Source of the DNA: Bdellovibrionia bacterium
GTDB lineage: Bacteria > Bdellovibrionota > UBA1018
Assembly (NCBI GenBank): GCA_049424145.1
Contig: JBMSSC010000001.1
Location: forward strand, 16,017 to 80,016
Reading direction: 5' to 3'
DNA length: 64,000 nucleotides
Below the pieces are notes generated by a model. It saw only the letters and a list, made by a program, of their open reading frames with translations, had not been told where the DNA came from and made no database searches. The position numbers and the translations under genes are program-made. Position 1 is the first letter of the stretch, and each line of letters opens with the position of its first letter. Of this stretch, positions 37,354-47,495 are shown piece after piece.

Positions 37354-37403
37354 TGCTAGGCCTAAGAGGAGCGGTAGTCCTCTTGCCCGTCTCAAGGAGA
37401 TTT

Positions 37404-38915
37404 ATGCTGAAACCTCAATTGACTCAACTCACGTTAGTTCAACTCCTGGCGCTCTTACCGAAAGAAATCCTTTCTCCTCAAGATCCCAGCAGGCAAGCCC
37501 TTTTGCATGGCTCTGCTCAGGTCACAGGCGTGACCTCTGATTCAAGAGAAGTGAAGCCAGGCAGTGTGTTTGTGGCCATTTGTGGGGGCACTCAGGATGG
37601 ACATCAATTCATCGATTTAGCTTTAGAAAAAGGCGCCGTTTTTGTGGTCGGTGAGCAACCCATGCCCTCTTCGCAGCTCAAGGGAGTCTATCTCCAGGTT
37701 TCCGATAGTAGGGAGGCCTTAGCAGCCTTGGCCGCTCAATTTTTTCATCATCCCTCCGATGGGCTTTTGGTGCTCGGAGTCACCGGAACGAGTGGAAAAA
37801 CCACCACCACTTTTATTCTGGAGTCCATTTTAGCGGCAGCGGGGCATCGTGTGGGAATCATTGGAACCATTCACTTTCGTGTGGGCAACCAAGTCCTTCC
37901 TTCCACGCACACCACCCCGGGCGCAGCAGAGCTTCAAGGTCTTTTGGCGGAGATGAAAAACGCAGGCTGCACCGCCGTGGTGATGGAGGTGTCCTCTCAT
38001 GCTTTAAAGCAAAAACGAGTGGCATCCGTGGCTTTTGATGGCGTGGTGTTTACTAATCTCTCGCCTGAGCACTTGGATTTTCATCCTGACTTGGAGGATT
38101 ACTTTCAGTCCAAGGCCCTTTTGTTCACTGAGTGCATGAAGTTTTCTCAGTCTCGGGGGAAAAAGCCTGTCATGGCCATCAATTCAGAAGATGAACACGG
38201 CCATCGCCTCCTTCGCACTCTTGCCGCTCCCCACAGTGCGTTTTTACCTCAGCACGCTTTGCAGGTGAGCCCCAGTGGGATCTCAGGGCAGCTGGGTCCT
38301 GTGAAAGTGGAGTCGTCGTTTACGGGGCAATTTAATGGGTCCAACCTATCAGCTGCCGTGACGCTTGCTTTGGCCCTCCAAATCTCCATCCCCTGCATTG
38401 AGCGGGGAATCCGAGACCTCAAAGGGGTCCCTGGGCGTTTAGAGCGAGTCCCCAATGCTCGGGATATTCATGTTTGGGTGGATTATGCTCATAAGCCCGA
38501 TGCTTTAGAGAAGGTGCTCAAAACGTTATCTCTTTTGCGGGGGGGAAACCGCCTCATCACGGTTTTTGGGTGTGGCGGGGATCGAGACCGAAAAAAACGG
38601 CCGCTCATGGGGAGGATCGCAGCTGAAAATTCGGATTGGGTCTTTGTGACTTCGGATAACCCTCGAACCGAAGATCCTCAGGCCATTATGGATGAGATTT
38701 TGGCGGGAATGACGGGGCATTCGCATGTGAGTGTTGAGGTGGATCGAAAAACGGCCATTTTAAAAGCCGCTTGCTTGGCCCGACCCGGAGATCTAGTGGT
38801 GATTGCAGGAAAAGGCCATGAAACCTATCAAATCATGGGCACAACACGGGTGCACTTTGATGATCGAGAGGTGGCAGCCTGGGCCTTTGAGCAAAAAGAG
38901 CCAACCCAGGGCTGA
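37404..38915 (+). CDS. murE: UDP-N-acetylmuramoyl-L-alanyl-D-glutamate--2,6-diaminopimelate ligase
   Basis: Mur ligase P-loop GVTGTSGKTTT. DNPR motif (SDNPRTEDP) typical of MurE. I chose the ATG at 37404 rather than the track start at 37179, which overlaps ftsI. Confidence 0.9.
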   Translation: MLKPQLTQLTLVQLLALLPKEILSPQDPSRQALLHGSAQVTGVTSDSREVKPGSVFVAICGGTQDGHQFIDLALEKGAVFVVGEQPMPSSQLKGVYLQVSDSREALAALAAQFFHHPSDGLLVLGVTGTSGKTTTTFILESILAAAGHRVGIIGTIHFRVGNQVLPSTHTTPGAAELQGLLAEMKNAGCTAVVMEVSSHALKQKRVASVAFDGVVFTNLSPEHLDFHPDLEDYFQSKALLFTECMKFSQSRGKKPVMAINSEDEHGHRLLRTLAAPHSAFLPQHALQVSPSGISGQLGPVKVESSFTGQFNGSNLSAAVTLALALQISIPCIERGIRDLKGVPGRLERVPNARDIHVWVDYAHKPDALEKVLKTLSLLRGGNRLITVFGCGGDRDRKKRPLMGRIAAENSDWVFVTSDNPRTEDPQAIMDEILAGMTGHSHVSVEVDRKTAILKAACLARPGDLVVIAGKGHETYQIMGTTRVHFDDREVAAWAFEQKEPTQG

Positions 38916-38992
38916 GGCGTTGGGGACTTCAGCAGACCCGCACGTGTGGTAAACTCTTGACACCGGCTTTTAAAAATCTGTAGCATTCGGAG

Positions 38993-40069
38993 ATGCTCTT
39001 TCAATTTCTCTATCCGCTTCATGCGAAGTACTCAGTGCTTCATGTGTTTAAGTACATCACCTTTCGGAGTTTCGGTGCCAGCATCACGAGTCTTTTGATC
39101 TGCATGCTCATGGGCCCCTCCTTCATTCGCTTCCTTCAGAGAAAGCAAATGGGGCAGTCCATTCGGGATGACGGACCCAAAAGCCATCTCTCGAAAAAAG
39201 GTACACCCACGATGGGAGGGGGGTTAATTCTCTTTGGGATCGTTCTGCCGACTCTGCTTTGGTCGGATCTGGGAAATAAGAGCGTATGGATTGCTCTAGT
39301 GACCACGATTTTGTTTGGTCTCATTGGGTATGTTGACGATTACCGAAAAGTGATTCAAAAAAACTCCAAGGGCCTCTCCAGTCGTCAGAAGATTGTGAGT
39401 CAAACGCTGGTGGCCTTGGTGGCCGCTTACGTGATTTACGTCACTCGCGATACGCCCCCGGTTTTAAAGTTCCCGTTCTTTAAGGATTGGTCTTTTTATC
39501 TGGGTCTATTTTTTGTGCCCTTTGCTACGTTCGTGATCGTGGGTGCTTCCAATGCGGTCAACCTAACCGATGGTCTCGATGGCCTTGCTGTGGGTCCCAC
39601 CATCACCACTTCAGTCACGTTTCTCGTGCTCGCTTATTGCGCAGGGCATGTGAAGATTGCCGAGTACCTTCAAATTCCCTATGTGCCCGGGGCAGGGGAG
39701 TTAGCCGTATTCTGTGGCTCAGTTGCGGCTTCGTGCTAGGGCATTTTATGGATTAATACCTATCCTGCTCAAGTTTTTATGGGGGATGTGGGGTCGTTGG
39801 CTTTAGGTGCAGCCTTGGCTGTCGTTGCCGTGATCACAAAAAATGAAATCTTGCTTGCACTTTGTGGGGGAATTTTCGTAATTGAAGCCCTCTCGGTGAT
39901 GGCACAGGTGACGTCTTTTAAGATGACAGGGAAAAGGGTCTTAAGAATGGCGCCCATTCATCATCATTTTGAGCTAAAAGGGTGGGCTGAGCCTAAAATT
40001 ATTGTGAGATTTTGGATCATCTCGATTTTATTGGCCCTATTTACTCTCTCGACTTTGAAATTAAGGTAG
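38993..40069 (+). CDS. mraY: phospho-N-acetylmuramoyl-pentapeptide transferase MraY, interrupted by an in-frame TAG at 39737-39739 (possible pseudogene or base-call error)
   Basis: Track ORFs 38993..39739 and 39779..40069 are in the same frame. Codon-by-codon reading gives …[35 protein letters not shown]…, which is co-linear with the E. coli MraY motif …[26 protein letters not shown]…. The stop sits at the conserved Leu. Confidence 0.7.
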
Positions 40070-40084
40070 AGGAAACGTGAATTC

Positions 40085-41470
40085 ATGATGAGCAAGTATC
40101 AAGGTAAAAAAGTTTTAATTGTTGGCTTCGGCATCTCAGGGGTCGCCGTTGCCAAGTACATGTGTAAAAACGGCGCCCGAGTGCTGGTCGCCGATTCGAA
40201 GCAAAAAAATGAGCTGGCCGATTCCTTGGACGCCTGTGCCGGGCTTCCCATCGAGTATGAGCTCGGGTATCCCGCGAATAAACCGTTTCCAGTTGCCGAT
40301 CTCATTGTCCTGAGTCCAGGAGTGCCTCTGAGCATCAAAGGTTTAGAGGAAGCTCGTCAGAGGCAGACCCCGATCACCAATGAGATTGAGCTTGCGGCTT
40401 TAGAGATTCAGCAGCCAATTTTGGCTATCACGGGAACCAATGGGAAAACCACCACCACGACGCTCATCGGTGAGATGTTCAAGGCCGATGGAAAATCAGT
40501 ATTTGTGGGAGGAAACATTGGACAGCCCCTCTTGGATTACGTGACTCAGGGTCAAAAAGCCGATGTGGTGGTCGCTGAGCTGTCGAGCTTTCAACTCGAG
40601 CTCACCGAGAATTTAAAAGTCGCAGGGGCCGTTTTTACCAATCTCGAAGAGGATCACCTAGATCGCTACGGCGACCTGCACTCGTATGGAAACGCCAAGA
40701 AGCGTTTGCTTCGAGCCTGCAATTCACAGAGCTTTGTGGTGCTCAACTGGGACAACCCCAATGTGGCTCAGTTTGAAGCAGAATCGCCCGGTCAAGTGCT
40801 CTGGTTTATGAAGGGTGATCCCATGAAAGTGGGTGGCACTTTTGCGGAGAACTTTCGGGGAGCCTATTTCAACTCTCTGACGAAGAAGGTCATTTTTAGA
40901 AGCAAGGGCCAAGAATCGGTCTTTGATCTCTCCTCCTTTCGATTGTTTGGAGAGCATAATAAAGAGAATCTCATGGCCGCTATTTGCTTGGCTAAGGCTA
41001 TGGACGTGAGCGATGGAGCCATTCAATCGGTCATTCAGCAGTTCAAAGGAGTGAATCATCGCCTGGAGTTTGTGCGAAAAAAAGATGGGGTCTTTTTCTT
41101 CAATGACTCCAAAGGCACGAACGTCATGAGTGTTCAAAAGAGCTTGGCGTCGTTTTCCTCAAACCCGATCATTTTAATTGCAGGGGGGAAGGATAAGAAC
41201 GCAGATTTCACTCCTCTGGTGGACCTGGTGAAGAGGAAGTGTAAGATTTTAGTCCTCTTAGGTGAGGCGAAAGAAAAAATCAATCGAGCCATTGGTGATT
41301 ACGCTGAAACCTACCTGGTGGGTACTTTCGAGGAGGCAATTCTGCTCAGCTATCAAAAGTCCAGAAGCGGAGACATCATTCTTCTGTCCCCGGGTTGCGC
41401 AAGCTATGATATGTTTAAAAACTACGAAGAGCGGGGCAATTATTTCAAGAAACTCGTCTCCCAGCTTTAA
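40085..41470 (+). CDS. murD: UDP-N-acetylmuramoylalanine--D-glutamate ligase
   Basis: N-terminal Rossmann region (KVLIVGFGISG), P-loop GTNGKTTTT, MurD-type C-terminal domain. Confidence 0.9.
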   Translation: MMSKYQGKKVLIVGFGISGVAVAKYMCKNGARVLVADSKQKNELADSLDACAGLPIEYELGYPANKPFPVADLIVLSPGVPLSIKGLEEARQRQTPITNEIELAALEIQQPILAITGTNGKTTTTTLIGEMFKADGKSVFVGGNIGQPLLDYVTQGQKADVVVAELSSFQLELTENLKVAGAVFTNLEEDHLDRYGDLHSYGNAKKRLLRACNSQSFVVLNWDNPNVAQFEAESPGQVLWFMKGDPMKVGGTFAENFRGAYFNSLTKKVIFRSKGQESVFDLSSFRLFGEHNKENLMAAICLAKAMDVSDGAIQSVIQQFKGVNHRLEFVRKKDGVFFFNDSKGTNVMSVQKSLASFSSNPIILIAGGKDKNADFTPLVDLVKRKCKILVLLGEAKEKINRAIGDYAETYLVGTFEEAILLSYQKSRSGDIILLSPGCASYDMFKNYEERGNYFKKLVSQL

Positions 41471-41587
41471 GAGGAGAAGCGCTCAAGGGTTTGCAGGAGG
41501 AGGGACTCTCTGACCCACTTCAAACAGAGCTTTTGGCCGAATCGGAGTTGGAAAATCGACTGGAAGCTTTTTTTTCTAGTTCTAGCC

Positions 41588-42646
41588 ATGGTCGTTTTTG
41601 GACTCATCATGGTTTACAGCTCCTCGTTCATCTTAGCGCAGGAAAGAAGTGGGAACGGCTTTGCTTTGATTCGCAAGCAGCTTCTTTTTGCCATTTTAGG
41701 TTTTTTAGCCATGGCCGGTGCAATTCAGATGGACTATGGCCTCTGGAGGAAGCACGCTCCCTCCGTCTTAGCCGGTGCGGTTTTTCTTCTCTTCCTGGTG
41801 CTCTTGCCCGGCGTGGGGCATAAGGTGGGAGGAGCGCAGCGGTGGTTGAAGTTGGGTCCCGTTCGTTTTCAGCCAGCGGAGCTGGCGAAGTTTGCGATGA
41901 TCTTCTTTGGGGCCCGTTTTTTAGAGAGCCCACTGAGCTGGTCTCGCTTTTCCGATCCGAAGCGAATCGGAGAGGCCTTATTGTTTCTGCCTGCTTTTTT
42001 TCTGCTCCTCATTCAGCCTGATTTCGGAACAACGGTGATTATCGCCTTAGTTTTGTTTTTTATGGTCTTTGTTTCCGGGGTGCGTCCTCGAGCCCTGTTT
42101 GCTGTTTTTTTTCCCATCGCAGTGGGTGCGCTTCTGGTGGCCTTTGGAAGTGAGTACCGAAGGGCTCGTATCCGAACGTTTTGGGACCCTTGGCAAGATC
42201 CCGCAGGCAAGGGGTTTCAAATCCTTCAGTCCTTTGTGGGCCTCCATAATGGAGGGTTGTTTGGGGTGGGTTTAGGCAACAGTCGGGAGAAGCTCTTTTA
42301 TCTGCCTGAGGCTCACAATGATTTTATCTTCTCGGTGATTGGGGAGGAGTTGGGTTTTCTGGGGGTTTTTACCGTTGTTTTTGCTTATCTCTACTTGATG
42401 TTTAAGGGACTCAATATTGCCTGGAACTGCCAACGGAAAAAGCAAGATCGTTTTGGGATGCTTCTGGCCACAGGAATTACCCTGGCGCTGAGTTTTCAGG
42501 GGTTTGTCAATGCGGCTGTCGTGTTTGGGCTCTTACCCACCAAGGGCCTTGCCTTGCCGTTTTTAAGCTACGGGGGCTCCGCTCTGGTGGTGGATTTATT
42601 TGCGGTGGGCGTTTTACTCAGTATTGCTCGGAGTACGGAAGGATAG
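41588..42646 (+). CDS. ftsW: peptidoglycan glycosyltransferase FtsW (SEDS family)
   Basis: SEDS motifs (…IQPDFGT…, NDFIFSVIGEELGFLG, PTKGLALPFLSYGGSA). The reading frame is open back to 41471, so the true start may be a non-ATG codon upstream. Confidence 0.85.
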   Translation: MVVFGLIMVYSSSFILAQERSGNGFALIRKQLLFAILGFLAMAGAIQMDYGLWRKHAPSVLAGAVFLLFLVLLPGVGHKVGGAQRWLKLGPVRFQPAELAKFAMIFFGARFLESPLSWSRFSDPKRIGEALLFLPAFFLLLIQPDFGTTVIIALVLFFMVFVSGVRPRALFAVFFPIAVGALLVAFGSEYRRARIRTFWDPWQDPAGKGFQILQSFVGLHNGGLFGVGLGNSREKLFYLPEAHNDFIFSVIGEELGFLGVFTVVFAYLYLMFKGLNIAWNCQRKKQDRFGMLLATGITLALSFQGFVNAAVVFGLLPTKGLALPFLSYGGSALVVDLFAVGVLLSIARSTEG

Positions 42647-42655
42647 AGGGCCCAG

Positions 42656-43753
42656 ATGCAAACGCTTCAGCAAAAAAAGTTATTGGGGGCAGGCGGGGGA
42701 ACCGGAGGCCATGTTCTAGCCGGGGGGGCCATTGCAGAGGGGTGGGCTCAAAAGGCCCAAAGCTCCTCCAGTGTGCTCTTTGTGGGAGCGCGGGGGGGGA
42801 TTGAGGAAAGACTCGTGCCAAAAACCCCGTTTGCGCTCCGATTGCTTCGCGTGGGTTCTTTGAATCGCGTGAAGGTGACGCGTCAGCTGAAGACGCTGTT
42901 TGAGATCCCCTGGGCAATGGTGGTGTCGCTTCAGATTCTATTTCAGTTTCGACCCCACGCTGTGCTGGGCGTGGGAGGGTATAGCTCTGGACCGTTGGTG
43001 CTGATGGCGGCGCTTCTCAAAAAGCTGGGTCTGTTAAATTGCCAGGTGGCGATCTTGGAGCAAAACTCGGTGGTGGGCTTGACCAATCGTCTTTTAGGGC
43101 GCGTGGTGGATTCGGTTTTCACGGCTTTTCCGGGGATGGAGCCACAGTTTTTGGGTAAAAAAGTTATTTTTACGGGCAATCCCATTCGATCATCGATGAA
43201 ACAGCTGCCTTCTGCGCCGAGAGATCCCTTTACGATCTTTGTTTTTGGGGGCAGTCAGGGGGCCAGAGGAGTGAATCGTTTAGTGTTAGAGGCTCTGCCC
43301 GAACTGAAGCAAGTGAAACGTTCCATTCGTTTCATTCATCAAAGTGGGCAGGCGGATTTTGAGGAGGTTTTAAAAGCGCATCAAGCCGCAGGCATGGACT
43401 CTTGCGTGGAGAAGTTCATTGAAGACATGCCCAGTGCCTATGCTCAGGCGTCCCTTCTGGTCTGTCGTTCAGGAGCCTCCACATTGGCCGAGATTGCAGC
43501 CGTAGGACGAGCTGCGATTTTAGTTCCATTGCCGACAGCAGCCGATGATCATCAGAGTAAAAATGCCTGTGCCTATGTTCAAGCCGGTGCTGCTCAACTG
43601 ATGGATCAGAGAGTGGGCTCCGGAGCGAGTCTGGCTCAGTTGATTCAGGATCTCATGACTCGTCCGGATCAGATTGCAGCCATGGAGCGACGTGTGCTTG
43701 AATTTTATCGTCCACATGCGGCTCGGGATATTGTAGAGCATCTGTATGTTTAG
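42656..43753 (+). CDS. murG: UDP-N-acetylglucosamine--N-acetylmuramyl-(pentapeptide) pyrophosphoryl-undecaprenol GlcNAc transferase
   Basis: GT28 N-terminal G-loop (GGTGGHVLAGGAIAE) and a C-terminal domain with the sequence SGASTLAEIAAVG. Confidence 0.9.
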   Translation: MQTLQQKKLLGAGGGTGGHVLAGGAIAEGWAQKAQSSSSVLFVGARGGIEERLVPKTPFALRLLRVGSLNRVKVTRQLKTLFEIPWAMVVSLQILFQFRPHAVLGVGGYSSGPLVLMAALLKKLGLLNCQVAILEQNSVVGLTNRLLGRVVDSVFTAFPGMEPQFLGKKVIFTGNPIRSSMKQLPSAPRDPFTIFVFGGSQGARGVNRLVLEALPELKQVKRSIRFIHQSGQADFEEVLKAHQAAGMDSCVEKFIEDMPSAYAQASLLVCRSGASTLAEIAAVGRAAILVPLPTAADDHQSKNACAYVQAGAAQLMDQRVGSGASLAQLIQDLMTRPDQIAAMERRVLEFYRPHAARDIVEHLYV

Positions 43754-45152
43754 AAAAGAAGAAACCTGGCTTCATTTTGTAGGAATCGGTGGCATTGGCA
43801 TGAGTGGGATTGCCGAGGTGTTCTTAAACCAGGGATATCAAGTCAGCGGATCTGATTGGAGTGAGTCAGAAACCACCAAGCGCCTAGCCCAGTTAGGTGC
43901 GCGGGTCTTTCAAGGCCACAGTAAGGACCACGTGGGTTCAGCCAACGTGGTGGTCATTTCTTCAGCCGTGAAGCCGGATAATCCAGAGGTGGTGGAGGCC
44001 AAGGCCAGGCGGATTCCTATTATTCCTCGAGCAGAAATGTTGGGTGAGTTGATGAGAGGTAAGGTGGGTATTGCCGTGGCGGGAAGTCATGGAAAAACCA
44101 CCACCACCTCTCTTTTATCCACCGTCTTAACCTCAGCTGGGCTTGATCCGACGCTTGTGATTGGCGGCAAAGTGGACTCCTTGGGGGGCAATGCCAAGCT
44201 GGGTCGAGGGGAAATTGTGGTGGCTGAAGCCGATGAGAGCGATGGTTCGTTCCTGCATCTGCCTGCGACCATCGGAATTATTACTAATATTGACAACGAT
44301 CATTTGGATCACTTTGGGAGCCTCAGTGCTGTAGAAGACGCGTTTGTCGAGCTGGTCAGTCAGCTGCCTTTTTATGGTCTGGCTGTGATTTGTGGAGATG
44401 ATCCAGGAGTCAAGCGCTGCATGAGTCGGTGGAGTAAGCCGTATCAAACCTATGGACTCTCTGAGGAGTGTGATCTGTTTGCGCGCAAGATTGAGTACCA
44501 GGGGTTAGGCTCCACGTTTGAAGTGGTGAGGAAAGAACCGAGCGGGGCCCACCAATGCCTCGGTCAGTTCCAGCTCAAGGTGCCCGGGCAGCACAATGTT
44601 CTTAACGCTCTGGCTTGCATTTTAGTGGCCCTAAAGCTTGAGGTGGAGATCCCTAAAATTGCTCAGGGTTTAGCTGAGTTTCAAGGAGTGAAGCGCCGAT
44701 TCGACATTCGTTACTCCGATGAGCTGCGGCATCGGGCGATTGTGGATGATTACGCTCACCATCCCACTGAGCTGATGGCTACTTTAGAGGCGGCTCGGCG
44801 ATTTTGGAAAGGACGAATCATCAGTGTGTTTCAGCCGCATCGTTACAGTCGAACACTTCACTGTCATGATGGGTTTTTGTCCTCCTTCGTTCGATCGGAT
44901 GTGGTGATTTTAACGGATATCTACCCCGCAGGGGAGGAGCCCATTCCTGGAGTGAGTGCTCAGGGCTTGGCCGAGGAGATTCAACGCTTGGCTCGGGCGG
45001 ATCAAGTTGTGCTCTATGGGGGGGATTTAAAGAACACAGAAACCCTATTAAGTGGGCTTTTTAAGGATGGGGATTTAATCCTGTGTTTAGGGGCTGGATC
45101 CATAACGAAGCTTCCCGATCAGCTGACAGCCTTGCGGATGAAATCCGGATGA
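43746..45152 (+). CDS. murC: UDP-N-acetylmuramate--L-alanine ligase
   Basis: HFVGIGGIGMSGIAE N-terminus, P-loop GSHGKTTTT, Mur ligase middle and C-terminal domains. Confidence 0.9.
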   Translation: MFRKEETWLHFVGIGGIGMSGIAEVFLNQGYQVSGSDWSESETTKRLAQLGARVFQGHSKDHVGSANVVVISSAVKPDNPEVVEAKARRIPIIPRAEMLGELMRGKVGIAVAGSHGKTTTTSLLSTVLTSAGLDPTLVIGGKVDSLGGNAKLGRGEIVVAEADESDGSFLHLPATIGIITNIDNDHLDHFGSLSAVEDAFVELVSQLPFYGLAVICGDDPGVKRCMSRWSKPYQTYGLSEECDLFARKIEYQGLGSTFEVVRKEPSGAHQCLGQFQLKVPGQHNVLNALACILVALKLEVEIPKIAQGLAEFQGVKRRFDIRYSDELRHRAIVDDYAHHPTELMATLEAARRFWKGRIISVFQPHRYSRTLHCHDGFLSSFVRSDVVILTDIYPAGEEPIPGVSAQGLAEEIQRLARADQVVLYGGDLKNTETLLSGLFKDGDLILCLGAGSITKLPDQLTALRMKSG

Positions 45153-46099
45153 CTTCGTGGGATGAGAGTCGCTTTTGGAAAAATCCGGAGGGTTTTCGGG
45201 GAGAGCTCAGGTGGAATGAGCCGCTGTCCAAGCACACGTATTATCGGATTGGTGGACCGGCTCGGCTACTTGCTATACCGACTTCAGTTTCTGATCTGCA
45301 GTGGCTTGCTCAAGGGATTGAAAACTCAGGGGTTCGCTTTTTAGTCTTGGGTTTGGGCTCCAACGTTTTAGCCAGTGACGAGGGGTTTGCAGGGCTCGTT
45401 ATTCGGTTGCATCGACTGAATTTAAAAATTGAACCTCAATTCCAAAAAGACGACCCAGGCCTCGGTGCAACCGAGATTCTAACAGGAGCAAGTGTGGCCA
45501 ATTCCACGCTTTTAAGGCGAGCCGCTCAAGAGGGCTGGGGTGGGCTTGAGTTTCTCTCGGGGGTACCGGGTTCCGTAGGTGGTGCTGTGGTGATGAATGC
45601 AGGCACGCATCTGGGTGAGGCTCAAAGTCGGATTCGCAAGGTAGTGGCCTACCGTTTAGGGGAGTTTCAATCGGAGCCTGAGGTTTATGTGGGCGATCAG
45701 CTTCGCTTTGAGTATCGCTCGCATCGGTTTCTTCCGGTAGACTCCGTGGTGTACTCCGTGGTTTGGGAAGTGCAGAGGGATGAGCCAGCGCTCGTGCAGC
45801 AGCGGATCGATGAGATGCTTCGCAGACGAAAAAGCACTCAGCCCGTGGACTACCCCTCCTGCGGAAGTGTCTTTAAAAACCCAAAAGAATCTGGACTCTC
45901 GGCTTGGCAAGTGGTGGATCGTTTGGGTTTAAGAGGCCATCAAATTGGACAGGCTCAGTTTTCTCCCAAGCACAGCAATTTTATTATTAATCTCGGAGGT
46001 GCTCAAGCCAAAGATGTCCGAGCTCTCATTGAATTGGCCAAGATGCGGGCTCAGACGGAGCTTGGCATTACGCTTCAACAAGAAGTGATCTATATCTAG
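45149..46099 (+). CDS. murB: UDP-N-acetylenolpyruvoylglucosamine reductase
   Basis: FAD-binding PCMH domain (YRIGGPARLL, LGLGSNVL) and C-terminal MurB domain. The start overlaps the murC stop (ATGA at 45149-45152). Confidence 0.9.
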   Translation: MTSWDESRFWKNPEGFRGELRWNEPLSKHTYYRIGGPARLLAIPTSVSDLQWLAQGIENSGVRFLVLGLGSNVLASDEGFAGLVIRLHRLNLKIEPQFQKDDPGLGATEILTGASVANSTLLRRAAQEGWGGLEFLSGVPGSVGGAVVMNAGTHLGEAQSRIRKVVAYRLGEFQSEPEVYVGDQLRFEYRSHRFLPVDSVVYSVVWEVQRDEPALVQQRIDEMLRRRKSTQPVDYPSCGSVFKNPKESGLSAWQVVDRLGLRGHQIGQAQFSPKHSNFIINLGGAQAKDVRALIELAKMRAQTELGITLQQEVIYI

Positions 46100-46103
46100 C
46101 TTT

Positions 46104-47495
46104 TTATTCTTTTGAGAATAAAACCTCTTTCACCTCTTTGGGTTGTACGCCTGAGGCTTGAATCAAAGCGGCTCTGAGTTTTTTTGAGGTAGCAAGCACT
46201 GAGATGGCAAGTTGATCGGGTTTTAAGAAGTGGTTCAGCGCCTGATTGACCTGAGGGAGAGTGAGCTTCCTGAGTTCAGAGGCAAACGACTGCATGAAGC
46301 CTGTTGGAAGCTTGAGAGTTTTCTCCAAGATCTTATTTTCAACCCGCTTTTTAGGCGTGTTGTAGGTGAATCCCGAGCTCTGGATGAGGCTTTGCTGGGC
46401 AAACTCAAACTGCTGGGGCGTGAGTCCATGCTCTTTCAGCTGGGAAATGAGCTGAAGGGAGTGTTTGAGGGCTGCTGCTGCATCCGCTTGGGCAGGGTAC
46501 AGGTGCACGATCCATGAGCGGGGTTCTGTTCCGTGTCGAAATTGGCTGGAAACCCCATAGCTCCAGCCGCGCTTCACTCGAATCTCCTCCATTAAAGTGG
46601 AGGAAAAGGAGGGTCCGCCAAAGGCATGATTGCCCAAGTAAAGGCTGAAGAAATCAGGATCCGTCATCTTCACTCCAATTTGTCCGATGTGGATCTGGGT
46701 TTGAGTGCGATCCGGTTTATCGATGATTAAAAGTCGTCTTGTTTGTGCGTTCTCAGGGCGCCCCAGGGGAGTGGTGAGTCCTAAAGATGCTGTTGTGTTT
46801 GGGGTTTGAGGGGTAGGCGTACTGAGGAGTTTTTGCAGACTCTCGCCTAGGGTTTTTGCCCAAGCTTGGATGGGTTCCACAGGAGAGTCGCCTGAGCCGA
46901 GAATGAAAAGAGAGTCCTCTTTTAAAAGGGCCCGGTGATGAGCGAGCACTTGCTCTCTTGTCATGGATTCAATGTCTGGGGTTCTTCCCAAAACGGAGCG
47001 GCCGTAGGGGTGGTCTTGAAAGAGGAATTGAGTGAAGCTTCGTGTGGCCAAGCTGGAGTCGTGGCCTTTTTCCTCTTGGATTCCCGCGATGATTTCAGCC
47101 TTGAGTTTATCGATCTCCAGTTGTGGGAAAGAGGGCTCCGTCAGGAGTTCGCGTAGAAGGCTTAAGAAAGGGTTCAGTTGACTCGAGAGGACAGCTCCCC
47201 TGAAAATCAATGCCTCAGCTCGGGTCTCCACCTCAAGCTTGGCTCCCCATTGATCTAAAGCTTGATCGATTTGTGCTTTATTCTTCGAGCGTGTGCCCCG
47301 AAGGAGCATCTCCCCCATGAAGTTGGTGAGACCCATTTGCCCCTGGGGGTCTTTCACCGATCCATGGTTGAGCACCACATTGAGGTAGACTAGAGGTAAA
47401 TTTGAATTCTTCTCAAAGTCGACTTCAAGAGCGTGGCCTAAAGTGGCGCTCAGGAAACAGAGATATCCCAGTAGTGTCAGCACCCAGGGTTTCAT
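46104..47495 (-). CDS. M16-family peptidase, non-catalytic-type subunit (no HxxEH)
   Basis: Signal peptide (LLGYLCFLSATLGHA). Pitrilysin-like fold, but the zinc-binding inverted motif is absent (…MGLTNFMGEMLLRGT…). It overlaps the upstream M16 gene by 4 nt. Confidence 0.8.
   Translation of the reverse strand: MKPWVLTLLGYLCFLSATLGHALEVDFEKNSNLPLVYLNVVLNHGSVKDPQGQMGLTNFMGEMLLRGTRSKNKAQIDQALDQWGAKLEVETRAEALIFRGAVLSSQLNPFLSLLRELLTEPSFPQLEIDKLKAEIIAGIQEEKGHDSSLATRSFTQFLFQDHPYGRSVLGRTPDIESMTREQVLAHHRALLKEDSLFILGSGDSPVEPIQAWAKTLGESLQKLLSTPTPQTPNTTASLGLTTPLGRPENAQTRRLLIIDKPDRTQTQIHIGQIGVKMTDPDFFSLYLGNHAFGGPSFSSTLMEEIRVKRGWSYGVSSQFRHGTEPRSWIVHLYPAQADAAAALKHSLQLISQLKEHGLTPQQFEFAQQSLIQSSGFTYNTPKKRVENKILEKTLKLPTGFMQSFASELRKLTLPQVNQALNHFLKPDQLAISVLATSKKLRAALIQASGVQPKEVKEVLFSKE

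Noticed and set aside
37179-37403. Track ORF that extends murE 75 codons upstream into ftsI
   Set aside because: The extension is Gly/Arg/Asp-rich nonsense overlapping the PASTA-coding end of ftsI. The ATG at 37404 gives a normal-length MurE beginning at a hydrophobic N-terminus.
39737-39739. Possibility that TAG is a reassigned sense codon genome-wide, which would explain the in-frame TAG in mraY
   Set aside because: TAG terminates galU (7150-7152) and the 7154..7987 gene (7985-7987) at positions where the protein alignments end naturally. A local error, mutation or readthrough is therefore more plausible than recoding.
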